The notes below the pieces were generated by a model, which saw only the letters and a list, made by a program, of their open reading frames with translations, did no database searches and was not told the origin of the DNA. Positions 1 to 10,415 of a stretch of 64,000 bases of DNA are shown here, in pieces. The stretch spans positions 496,001 to 560,000 of the forward strand of contig OZ237747.1 of NCBI GenBank assembly GCA_965178125.1, given 5' to 3'. A program made the translations under genes and the position numbers. Numbering within the stretch: the first letter of the stretch is position 1; every line of letters begins with the position of its first letter. Source of the DNA: Bilabrum cf. latius. Lineage: Eukaryota.

Positions 1-2730
1 CTTGATCTTCGTTTCAGCAGCACCAGCAGCACCGGAACCGCCGCTAGGACCACTCCCACTGGGACTCTGCCGGCTCTGCGACGCGATCTTCACCATGGCC
101 TCGCTCGTCGCCTTCGATGCAGGCGTGCCGTGATCGTCCGAGCCGCTTTCCTCGTCGCCCTCCCCTGGCTTTTCTCTCTCCAGACGCATGGCGGGCGGAG
201 GAGCTCCAGCCTGCACGGCACTCCTCTGCTCAGACAGCTCGAAATCAGTCGTGTTCGTAGACCCCACGGAGTCACCCATCTCGCTGCCGTGGACACTGTC
301 CCGCATCGAGTTTTTCCACTACCCAGGCAAGTTCCAGCCACCCTGTCTACCTGCCTCGCGGGCCGTGTCCACCACCTCTGATTCCACATCCGGCAGCAGC
401 CTCACCGCCCCCCGCATCCTCTCCACCAAGAACCGACACAGGCCCAGCTCCATCGCACTCGCCGCGCGCCCCCTGTCTGCCACTGAGTCCTGCGCCTGTC
501 CCAGCGCCATCAGCTCCCGCACTGTCATGCGCCCGTCCACTGGCCTCTCCGGGTGCACTGCGGCGATCACCTCCGCCGGAGACAGCTCAGCACTCACGCC
601 GCGCGAGTACATGGCGAACGTCCGCCGCTCCTGGTCCGCCTCTTGGCGCGCCTGGCTGCGGAACATCGCCGCGCTGTCCGCCATCGCGCGGTTCTTCTAA
701 TCCACCATCAGCTGCGTCTGCTGTTCCGACTTGCGGGCCCGCACGGCAGGATCCAGGTCCACGCTCTTGGCCCCGCTGTCGCACACCAGCACGCGCAGGA
801 AGTACCCGTGATGCCCCTGTGTTCCCCCGCTGGCGTCCTCGCTGCTCCCGTGCCACGCCGAGCCCCGGTAGGCTGACCGCTTGTGGTGCGGCAGCACCTC
901 GCACAGCACCAGCACGCTGCCGTTGCGACCCGCCGACTGCACCGCCGAGTGCACCGTGGTCAGCAGCACAAACTGAAGAGCACGCATGTCCACCAGCGCG
1001 CCCACATCGTCCACGAAGCCGTCGCTGTCCAGCCACAGGAACTCCGTCTTGATGTTCTTGCGCAGAGCCAGGCCCCGCACCCTGGCTCGGATGGGCCTGT
1101 AGAGGGCGACGGGGTTGAGAGGCGCGATCCTTGCTTTGAGGGTGCGGCTGGTCGCCTGCTCGTACATGGCCACATCGTTCATGGCTTTGGACATGCCGAG
1201 CGCCAGGCTGTACACGTTGTCGATGGCCTCAATGGGGTCCAGGAAGGAGGTCGCCATCACGGTGCTGCTGCTGTCCCTAGCTCGCTCAGAAGGTTTAGTG
1301 AAACTCCCAGTGCTGATCAGCACGGTTGCAGCCGAGCCCTCGACATTCTTCTCTCCTAGCAGCTTGCTAGGGGGTGCCCTGCGCCGCATACCAGCACCCT
1401 GGTCTGGCCTTGATCCGCCCTATTGCCCCACTGTCATGTAGGAAGCAGAAGCGACAGCTACATCCTGGGACTTCTGCGCCACTAGCACACGCCTCAGCTC
1501 CTCGATGCCGGACAGCTGCTGCCCCAAGGAAGGACCGACCCGATTGCGCACCGCACCCAGCAGCCTCGTCTTCTCTCGCGCCATGTGCTGCAGCACTGCC
1601 GCAGACATATCCAGCTCCTCGCTGAACCGGAGGATGCTCATGCGGGAGAGCACACTCGTCACACCGATCTTCACGCCGATGTCGGCCACAGAGAAGAACA
1701 CATCTCGTTCAAATGCGTCGATCGCCTGCTCCGCTTCCAGGATAAAAATCAAGGGATACACGCACAGCAGCAGCCCCACCACGATGCTCACGGCCCACAC
1801 GCGGCGGCGACTGGCCTCGTTGAGCGCGCGGGCGTGGGCGTCCTGCAACATCAGGGCACAGCCCCACATCGAAACAGAGAAACACAAGCATGAAAGCACG
1901 AACAGAATCCATCGAGCCGCTGGGGGAGATGGCCTCGCCAGGATTCCGAGGATGATCATGACGACATCGGCGATGACGGTCGTGCGCAGGACCTGCACCG
2001 GCGCCTCGACCAGCGAGCCGAGCAAGGCGATGAGCGCCGGCGTGGTCACGAGCCAGTCGATGTACCGAATAGGTACCAGCCAGCTTCCCTCGCGCATGAC
2101 GAGGTTTGGTGCCCACTGCAAGGCTTGGGCCAAGTAGCTTAAAGTGGCCCCGCTTCGGACCAAAGCCGATGCAAGAGTTATCAGGATTGGTGGCCGACTC
2201 AAAGACGGGAACAGCAAGCTGAGCAGATCAAGAGCTAGTAAGACCCCAAAAATGGACGCTGGAACTTCGAATGGGAAACCACTGTCGACGATTGCGGCAT
2301 CGTCAGCGTCTACGTCAGCGACATGCAAACCGATAGCAACTGCAAACAGCACCAGAAACCCGGCTGCTCCCCCAATCATCCAGTATATAACCAATGGTTC
2401 AACACCTAGTTTCCACTGCACCGAGTAATCGGTCTCGTAATCGGCAGCGTCTGCAAACTAGCGCGAATCAACTCCACCGGTGGTTTGGTCGAACGGCTCA
2501 GCAGGCGTAGGGCCACCGCCGTTGCTTCCTTTAGAGACATTCTGTTTCGCTTGGTGTACAGATGATCTCTTTGACTGCGAGGCGAGAGCTAAAACCTTTG
2601 AACCAACTAATCCGTTGCGCGTGCAACCGAGACACTTAAATGGACGTCTTGTACTGTTGCAGCTCACCACACGTGATGAGTCCAGGCCTCCACGCCCCAC
2701 CCCAAATAAAGTTTCCTATAATGAGCTCAT
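1..2730 (-). CDS. Microbial (type-1, 8-TM) rhodopsin fused to a degenerate HisKA/HATPase module; 3' end lies beyond the window edge (>910 aa)
   Basis: Track ORFs 2458-2700, 1420-2421, 697-1389 and 319-684 share one frame, joined by TAG only (2716, 2458, 1420, 697, 319). The frame is open to base 1, with an ATG at 2728-2730. Rhodopsin motifs: helix C IRYIDWLVTTP, helix D ADVVMIILG, helix F YP, helix G DIGVK (Lys codon 1669-1671). Kinase-like segments follow: EKTRLLGAVRNRVGPSL, DMRALQFVLLTTVHSAVQ, LVCDSG, LGLCRFLVERMRGAV. Confidence 0.88.
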
Positions 2731-2813
2731 ACTTGGCTCGAATAAGCTTATTGTGGTGTTCTGGTCTATGCTTGTGTCGTCATCGAACACATGCAAACGG
2801 GTTCGGTTCCGGA

Positions 2814-2840
2814 ATCCCCTTGCGACCATAACTGTCCCAA
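2814..2840 (+). repeat. Left terminal inverted repeat of the transposon
   Basis: 27/27 match to the reverse complement of 5563-5589. Confidence 0.95.
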
Positions 2841-3140
2841 GCTGAACGGCAAAATTCCCAACTTCAGTCGCAAAATTCGGAGCAATAATGTCCAACTATG
2901 GCCCTGTCCTTTTCGGTAATGAAGCAGGTTTTCAAGGAGATTTCAAAACTGTAACCAGATTTTCAGGACGACATGTTCTCTTCAAGCTATGACCGACCAA
3001 AGATGGCGGCCTTGGCGGCCGGCATGATCGCGCCTGGTAAAAATCACAACTGTCCCAACTTCAAAGTCCTAAATATCTCGCATTTCACACTTTTTTTTCA
3101 GGTTTCCAGTATAATAGCAGTATAATCATATATAAAAATA

Positions 3141-5492
3141 TTAAGTTCGACGCTTCTTTGAAGCTGGCATGGCCCTCTTGTTGCTTGCAGCCTAGATCTT
3201 CGCGATCTTGGCCTTGAGGGCCTGATTCTGAGCTCTCATTGCGTCCAGGTTGACTCTAGCCTCCTCAAGCTGCTCAATAATCTCATCTGTGGACTGATCC
3301 TAGAGTGGGCGGTCGCGCATCTGATTTTTCCGCAGCTAAGCGGCGTCACCCCCGCCCCCCCGGGGCCCGATGGCCCCACGGTTGCCTTGCAGCCCCTTCA
3401 GCCTTGGTCGCCTTTTCTGAGATTGTTGTGCCCGAGCTGCGCTTTCAATCTTTGCTTGAAGCCCCAAACCTGCTAATCTCAGGAATGCAGCCGTGTTGGG
3501 GCGTCTCTTCGCCAGGGCATCATGGGCGCTCACCACGCGCTGGGCGCTCGCCAGTCCCCCGAGGTTGTCAGCCGTGGCAGGCCCAAGCACAGCAGACGAG
3601 GATGATGACTACGGCTCAGATGCGCCTGCTCCACTGGCAGCCGTAGTACTCTTCACGAAAGATCCTGACTCTGTCGGGATACTCTCCAGTATTTTGGCTA
3701 CGTCTGACAGCTCACTACCACTGGCCCCCTCCCGGGCCCTCTGCAGCGTGGCCCTGTGCTGCTTGACTTTGTCCATGTCAACTACAACGGAAGGGTTGAA
3801 CGGGAGAAGTCCGCACTTCTTGAATCCACTAGCAGCATTCGAAGCTCGAAAGCTGTGGCTTGCACAGGTCAAGACCAGCGGTGCGATCCACTCCTCCCCG
3901 ATCGCGTCACACGACGCCTTCGCTAGTGCCGACTTCTTCGCCTCCGGGGCAGACGCCATGAATGCTTCCATGAAATGAAGCTAGCTCAGATAGACACAGA
4001 AGTCTTTCTTAACACCACGAAGCTCTGCTTTGAAGGACGACATGCACGCGACGTCCAGGGGCTGCAGGAAGTGGGTGCTCATTGGAAGGAGGAGCTCGAT
4101 GTCGATGTTGTTGGCAGCGCAGAACTTCCTGAGGCTCCGCTGGTCATGCGTCGAGTGGTTGTCCATCGTGAGCAGTACTCTAGCTGTGGGAGGGAGCCTC
4201 TCTTCCCTTCGCACTCTAGCTGCGTACTCCACGATCTTTGGAAGCAGCAGGGACAAGGACCCGACGTTGCTGTAGCCGGAGGGGGTCGCACAGAACACGA
4301 TGATGTCGAGGAGCTCGATGTCCGTCTTGGCTAGCACCAAGAAGAGTTTCTGGACAGACGAGGGGTCCACAACATTCCCAGATAGCCTTACCTCAGCTAG
4401 AATATCCTCGAGCTCCGCCTTCAGGCCGTCGTCGTCGAGCTTGCCCGCATCGCGCTGGGCTTGCGCACGTTGCAACCGGGCTGCCACATATTCCTGCTCG
4501 CGCTGGATCTCGCGTTTGACCTTTTGAGACTTGCCATCGTAGCGGAAAACGAGAAGGCCAGCAACAATTCCATCCTTCGCTGATACAACAGGAACGAATG
4601 ATACGTTTGTATTGGAAAAATGCGTCGCGCGAAGCGCAGCACGGGGCGATTCGGCCCTGACCACCAGACGGTCCGCCCCGTCAACCCTTGCGCCCTACCC
4701 TGGCTGGGCATGCAGTATGATCACAGTCTCATCTATGTTTAACTACAATCGTTCGTGATAAATGCACGTCCCTGACACGACGACGCCAAGCTCAGTATTG
4801 AGTACCAGGCCTCGTTTTGCTGCTCCTTCGCCAAACCAGTCCAGCAAGCACGTGTGGCTCTCCGCCACGCTACGATTGATTGTCTTCTCTTCACCTTGCA
4901 AATCCTTCAGTTTATGAGCCTTTAGAAATCTGGTTGACCACACACGCGATAGTGGCACCCCATCCTTGTGTGAACCAGCACAAAAGTCGTTGCGAAGGCC
5001 TGTTGCAGTTCGGCGCAGTCCTTCAAGCGTGAACGGCACCTTCTCATCCTCTCGCAATATGACCAGCTTCGCAAGTGCCCGTTCAACATACTAGGGCAAA
5101 TCTGTTCGCCAACACAAATCCTGTAGGGGGCACGTTAATCGTTGCTAGATTCGCTGGAATCGCTTCCGGACAGCGCTAAACGTCTTTTCTGGGTACACCT
5201 CATTTTGAATCTCTCGGTAGATTTCACTGTCATTTTGAACCTTACCGGGATTTCTCTCCCTCCACACCTAAAGCTTTTGCTTGTAAATTATATAATCTGC
5301 TTGCTGCGCTTCATATAGTCGCATCTCAGGCTGCTCAGCTGTGCATTCTTCTACCGATTGCTCCAAGGCCGTGCGCCAAGCGAGCACACGATTCACGTCA
5401 TCCACAGACACCTGAAGGATAGCCCGAGTATCCGAGTCGTCAATTGCGTCGAGTATTGATGATTCTTTAGAACTGGAGGAGGATGCTTGCAT
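3141..5492 (-). CDS. pogo/Fot1-family DDE_1 transposase (783 aa with TAG read as sense)
   Basis: I translated one frame from ATG 5490-5492 to TAA 3141-3143. It has 10 in-frame TAGs and no TAA/TGA. It contains a CENP-B-like HTH (ERALAKLVILRE...LSRVWSTRFLKAH), catalytic motifs NIDET, LLTMDNHSTH and LPMSTHFLQPLDV (35 residues between the last two Asp), and a basic C-terminus PASKKRRT. Confidence 0.92.
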
Positions 5493-5562
5493 AACTCTAG
5501 AATTGAGACCTGTATGAGCTCAAGAAGTGGTCGCATTTGAATCTTGGGACAGTTGCAGTTGG

Positions 5563-5589
5563 TTGGGACAGTTATGGTCGCAAGGGGAT
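5563..5589 (-). repeat. Right terminal inverted repeat of the transposon
   Basis: TTGGGACAGTTATGGTCGCAAGGGGAT; an inner extra copy TTGGGACAGTT sits at 5544-5554. Confidence 0.95.
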
Positions 5590-5649
5590 CCGGATTGTTC
5601 GCTGTGCCCGTCTTCCGCTGGCCATCCTTTGGTCCATTGGACCTGAAAT

Positions 5650-7254
5650 ATGGATTACGGCCTATTGTTGTACAGTGCGGCAAGCGTGTTGTCTACTGTT
5701 TGCCTCGTCAGACGAGTGCTACGACGTCCGACGGTTGGAATCGACGAGCCGACAAGCTGCAAATCTGCGAGGCCCTTGTTCTTACTGGACCCGAAAGTAT
5801 CCCATTTAAACCATGGATCGTTTGGATCCTGTCCTAAAGGCATATTGCGACATAGAATGCAGGTACTGAACCGGATTGAGGCATACCCAGATCGGTTCTT
5901 TCGACAGGAAGCCGTTCATGAGTACAAGCAAGCATGTGACATTGCTGGAACACTAATTAGGGCCGAGCAAGGCAGCTGCGTACTGGTGGAGAACGCAACG
6001 CAGGCCATGGACGCTATCGCGTCTTCTGTCACAGTACCGGCAGGATCGTCCGTGATTGTATTTGAGTCTACCTACGGCGCCGTGAAGCGATGTGCCGCAG
6101 CCCTGTGCGAAAAGTCGAGCGCAACCCTTGTGCAAGTTAGCATTGCATTCGGGAGCAACGGGGCTAACGGGCATACATTCCTGGCCCCTCTGGAAGCGGC
6201 CTTGCAGCGCGAAGCAAGCGAGCGCCGATCGGTCTCGCTTGTGGTGCTGGACCACGTCACGTCCCCCACAGGAATCGTGACACCATTGATCGAGATGGCC
6301 CAGATGTGTCGCAAGTACGGCGTGAAGCGCATCGCAGTGGACGGCGCGCACGCCCCCGGACTGCTTGCCGTGGAAGCCAGGCAGCTGGACGAGGCAGGCA
6401 TCCACTACTACTGGGGCAACCTGCACAAGTGGTGCTTCGTGCCTAGGGGAGTGGCACTGCTGCGGGCCGCCCCGGGGGCGCCGCGCAAAGAGCTGCGGAA
6501 CCCGACGGTCAGCCACTTCGCGAAGGAGCGTCTCCAGTGGCAGTTCTTCATGTGCGGCACCAACGACCAGAGCAAGTTCCTGTCTGTGCCCTTTGCCCTC
6601 AAATTCGTGGAGGAGAAGTTTGGGGGCCTGCAAGCTGTTGCTCGGCGCGGGAAAGCACTTGCTCAGCAGGGTGCCGAGGCGCTGCTGGCTCGGTTCAAGG
6701 AGAGGGAACCTCAGCGAACCTTCATCTAGATCGCACCGGCTCCCATGTGCGTCAGCATGGCCACTGTGCAGACCCCTCTGGACGCTCGGTACTTCCTGCA
6801 TCCGTCCCGCCGCCGCGAGCTGGAAATGGAGATGGGCCGGTCCCTGTCCGGTGCGGGTGCGGGTGCGGGCGAGGGTGCGAGTCGGGGTGGGGCTTGGAGG
6901 GTTGCGCCTGACTCCAAGGTGGACAAGGTGGTTGCGACCGACCCGATGGTTGCTGAGAGAATTGCGCGGCTGATCCAGAAGCGGTTCCGCATCCAGACCG
7001 TGGTGTTCCCTCTCGAGGGGAGGCTGTGGTGCCGGCTGAGTGCGCAGGTGTACAACACCATCGATGAGTACGAGGCGCTCGCAGGTGCGATTGTCGCGCT
7101 GTGTGACGAGTGCGACAGCGGAAGGGATCCCCTGATCGAGGGTCTTGAAGAGTCCGACTGGGGATTCGGGCAGGTCGATCAGGACACAGGGGCGATGTGC
7201 GGTGGGTGCGACGGGCCCGAACGCAGGGAATCGGTCACTGGCTTGCTCCAGTGA
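5650..7254 (+). CDS. Class V PLP-dependent aminotransferase-family enzyme (isopenicillin-N-epimerase / Egt2 / L-cysteine desulfhydrase-like)
   Basis: Motifs LNHGSFG, DHVTSPTG, VDGAHAPG, GNLHKW (PLP lysine) and C-terminal RLSAQVYN. ORFs 5650-6729 and 6745-7254 are in frame across TAG 6727-6729; the gene ends TGA. Confidence 0.9.
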
Positions 7255-7452
7255 TTTTTTGCTTCGATATACCCGCCGGACGTGTTGTAATATAATGCAC
7301 CTTTTCACATATTCAGTGTAGAGCGATCGTGCTTGGCAGATATTGCAGGTAGGAAATGGATTTGCCCTCAGCCGGAACGGAAACGTGATTGCGTGTGCTT
7401 TCTGGTTTAAATGCTTGGATTTGTTTCCGTGGAAACCACAAGGTGAAGAGCT

Positions 7453-10209
7453 ATGAGCTTAAAAGCCGCGGCTGCAGCGAGAGCTTTAGCTAGATCTCGC
7501 TCCTAGCCCGCCGCCCAACCGGAGAGGCAGTCGCGCTGGGGAGCACCGACAGCTTCAACGCAGGCATAGCCTCAGCAACAAGCGCATCCTGCACAAATGC
7601 CATCGATGCAGCAGCCGAACATGTCGCAATCTCATGTAAAGTAGTTTAACCAGCAGCCTGCAATGGGTTCTATGCATCAAGGAATACCTGGTGCACCATA
7701 GACTAACCAGGCTGGATTCCATCCGGGACCTCGGCCGCACTTCGGCCAAGCTCCCATGGTGTTCTACCAGTAGGGACCTCGGCCCAATGCGCCGGCTTTT
7801 CCGTACAACTACCCAAGACCTGCCCCAATGATGGTGCCTGGTGGGCCAAGAGTCCAATATGGATACCCTCCGCGAGGATTCCAGCCTGGTTTCTAGCCAG
7901 GGGCTGCGCGGCCACCTCAACTCCCATTTGGGCAGGCAGGCCATGTAGGATTTGCGGGTGGCAGACCAGGACTACCCCCGGGTGTCCAGCCGCCGCGCGC
8001 AGCAGCGAGCGGGCTGGCAGGAAGGCCGATGCAGTTCGTCCAGGCGAGCCAAGGAACGGGCAGCACCGCAGCTGCCACCACGCCGGCCCCTTCCTCCTCG
8101 TCCGCCTCGTCCGCTGCTCACCAATCGTCGTCATTATCCTCTGCATCTTCAGTTGCACTGACGTCATCTACAGCCACTCAACGACCCGCTAGCTCTCCTA
8201 CCTCGGCCACATACGGCGGGCAGGGGCAAGGGCAGGGGCAGGGGCTGGCATCCTCCACTCAGCACCACGCCAGCGGCATCCCTGCAGCGTTTGGAGGCGC
8301 GACCGCCGCCGCGAGTGGGATGAGTGGCCTGGGCCCGACCAGCGCGATCATGGGGGACCTTACGACAGCAAGACTGTCTATTTGGGTTGGCAAGCTGCCG
8401 CCGACCGACGTGGTGCCTGCAGAGGCGGTCGAGGCCGCCATCCGGCGGGCTGTGAGGCCCGGCAGGTTCGGCCTACTGGGTTGGGAGAGGGCGGGGCAGG
8501 CTATCGCAGGCGCTGGGACAGGTGCCCGCCCCAACGGAGCTGCGCATGGGGAGCGCGCGCCACTGAAGGGATTCGGGTTTGCGACGGTGGAGGGGGCTCT
8601 GGCCGCTGCCAGGTTGTGTTCCCTCGATGGCATCAAGCTGTGGGAGGCGGAGGAATCCGGTGAGGGAGCGGATGGAGGGCATCGGAGCCACGAGGGCGAA
8701 TCCTGGTCCGGCGGGATCGTCGTGAAGCTGGGGAAGGAAGCAGAAGCCGTGATGCAGGCGTGGACGCAGCAGCGGGCGCAGGAAGCCCGCTAGGCTCGGA
8801 GGAGGGCCCGCCGAGAGGCCGCTGCCAAGGCTAGAGAACAAGCGGAGCAGGAATCGAAAGAGGGGAAGGAAGAAGACGGTGAGCAAGAATCACAGGCAGT
8901 GCAAGATACCAAGTCAGAGGGTGCGAATGCTGCTGTAGAGGGGGATCCAGAGACGCAAGCATCCGCCGGAGATGCCAAGGCAGATGAGCGGCATCAGCCT
9001 ACCCCCCAGCAAGCAGGCGAGGCAGTGGGGGGGAGTATCAGAACGGCAGCATCAGCTGACGAGCAAGTGGGAACCGCTTCTGGTAGTGCGTCATCCACGG
9101 CAGCAGCAGGCGAGAGCGAGACTCCAACTGCAGGTGCGACGGCTGCTGCTGCTGGTCAGCAGCAGGAGCCTGAAGCTAGCGCTGGATCAGATGACAGCAG
9201 CGATTAGGAAGACGAAGGAGAAGAGCCTCAATTCTCGCAATTCGTGGACGGCAAGGGGGCTCGAGACGCGGCCATGGAGGCAGCCAAGCTGGCATTCCAG
9301 AGCGTGCTTCAGCGGGAGGGCAGAACCACAGCGGTGCGGCAGAGGCCTGGAGTGAGCCTGGTGTCGCAGTTTCGGGAACAAGCGGAGAAGGAGCAGCAGG
9401 CCATGAATGAATGGAAGCAGCGCATGGCCAAGGCTGCCAAGGCACGGGCAGAGGCAAACGCGAAGCGGGCAGCTAAGGAGCACCAATCGCAGACTCGTTC
9501 GAGCGGTGGCGACGCAGGGCGCAGAAGTGAATCCGCCAGTAGATCCAGCCAGCCTAGAGGCGATGAAAGGAGCTCATAGGGCAGGCACCCTTCGTTTGGT
9601 CGTGATGACGGTCGCGGGGGAGGCCGGTCCAGATTTGAGGCACGCAAGCCAGTGGATGCTCGATTCGTTGACGACGATAGTGATAGCGACGACAACGCTG
9701 GCAGGGACTAGGGCTAGCAGGCTGCAGCTGGTTCAGCGCAAGCTGACTCGGTCGCCGCGGGGGTGAAACGTGACCGACCAGACACGGAGGGTGGGGCGAG
9801 CGGCCAGTCTGCAGGGAAGCGTGCCCGTGTGGATGACTCGGCGCCGTCAACAAGCGAGGTAATTGATTTGCCCCCGCTGGATGCCGAATCCGTGAGGGCA
9901 AGGGTGCATGCAACGCTGGGTCCATTCGTATCGCAGCTGTTCTCTGAGGAAGAGTCGGGCAGCGCCTCCGAGGGAACTGCCCAGGCAGCTTACTCGGAAG
10001 ATGTCCAGGAATTCTTGGGGTTTGTGGCTTCAATCGCAACTGAGGCAGCAAGCAAGTTGCATAGTTTGGCGGCAGACGACACGGACGCCCTTGCCTCGGC
10101 GGAGACTGCTTTTGTGTAGTCTGTAGTGAGCGAGTTCGGAGAGGTCATTGGAGAGGACGAGTCATAGCAGGTGGGAAACCTAGCTTGGATTGCGATCGTT
10201 GGAAAATAA
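7453..10209 (+). CDS. RBM25/Snu71-like splicing factor (Pro/Gln-rich N-terminus, RRM, charged region, PWI-like C-terminus), 918 aa
   Basis: Single frame from ATG 7453 to TAA 10207-10209 with 13 in-frame TAGs. RNP2-like IWVGKLP and RNP1-like LKGFGFATV; helical PWI-like tail (LGPFVSQLF...EFGEVIGEDES). Confidence 0.72.
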
Positions 10210-10415
10210 TGGACAAGATAACAATATATCTGTGCGGCAGCCCGGCGAGAGCCCGATTCTCAAACGTGACAGATCACTCGCACAAAGCACGCACCACCCT
10301 CACCAAAGCTGCCACCATGTGACCGCTGGCGTCCGGAATCCAGAAAACAGAGATCCGGAGTCCGGACCAGATTCCGGACTCACACGACGCACCCACCATC
10401 CAGATACCCTTACAT

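Larger units (their letters stand above)
2814..5589. mobile_element. Full-length pogo/Fot1-like (Tc1/mariner-related, DD35D) DNA transposon
   Basis: Perfect 27-bp terminal inverted repeats (ATCCCCTTGCGACCATAACTGTCCCAA at 2814-2840; reverse complement at 5563-5589) enclose one transposase frame. Subterminal AACTGTCCCAA copies are present. Composition is more AT-rich than neighbouring genes. Confidence 0.93.

Noticed and set aside
1420-2421. Stand-alone proton-pump rhodopsin, as the ORF track suggests
   Set aside because: The ORF ends in TAG and continues in frame into a kinase-like module. It lacks a D96-equivalent proton donor and has an extra TM helix.
5953-7308. Long antisense ORFs (e.g. 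5953-7308, 27557-28468, 37538-38560, 51207-52043, 55997-56908)
   Set aside because: They are shadow frames of GC-rich genes on the opposite strand and have no motifs of their own.
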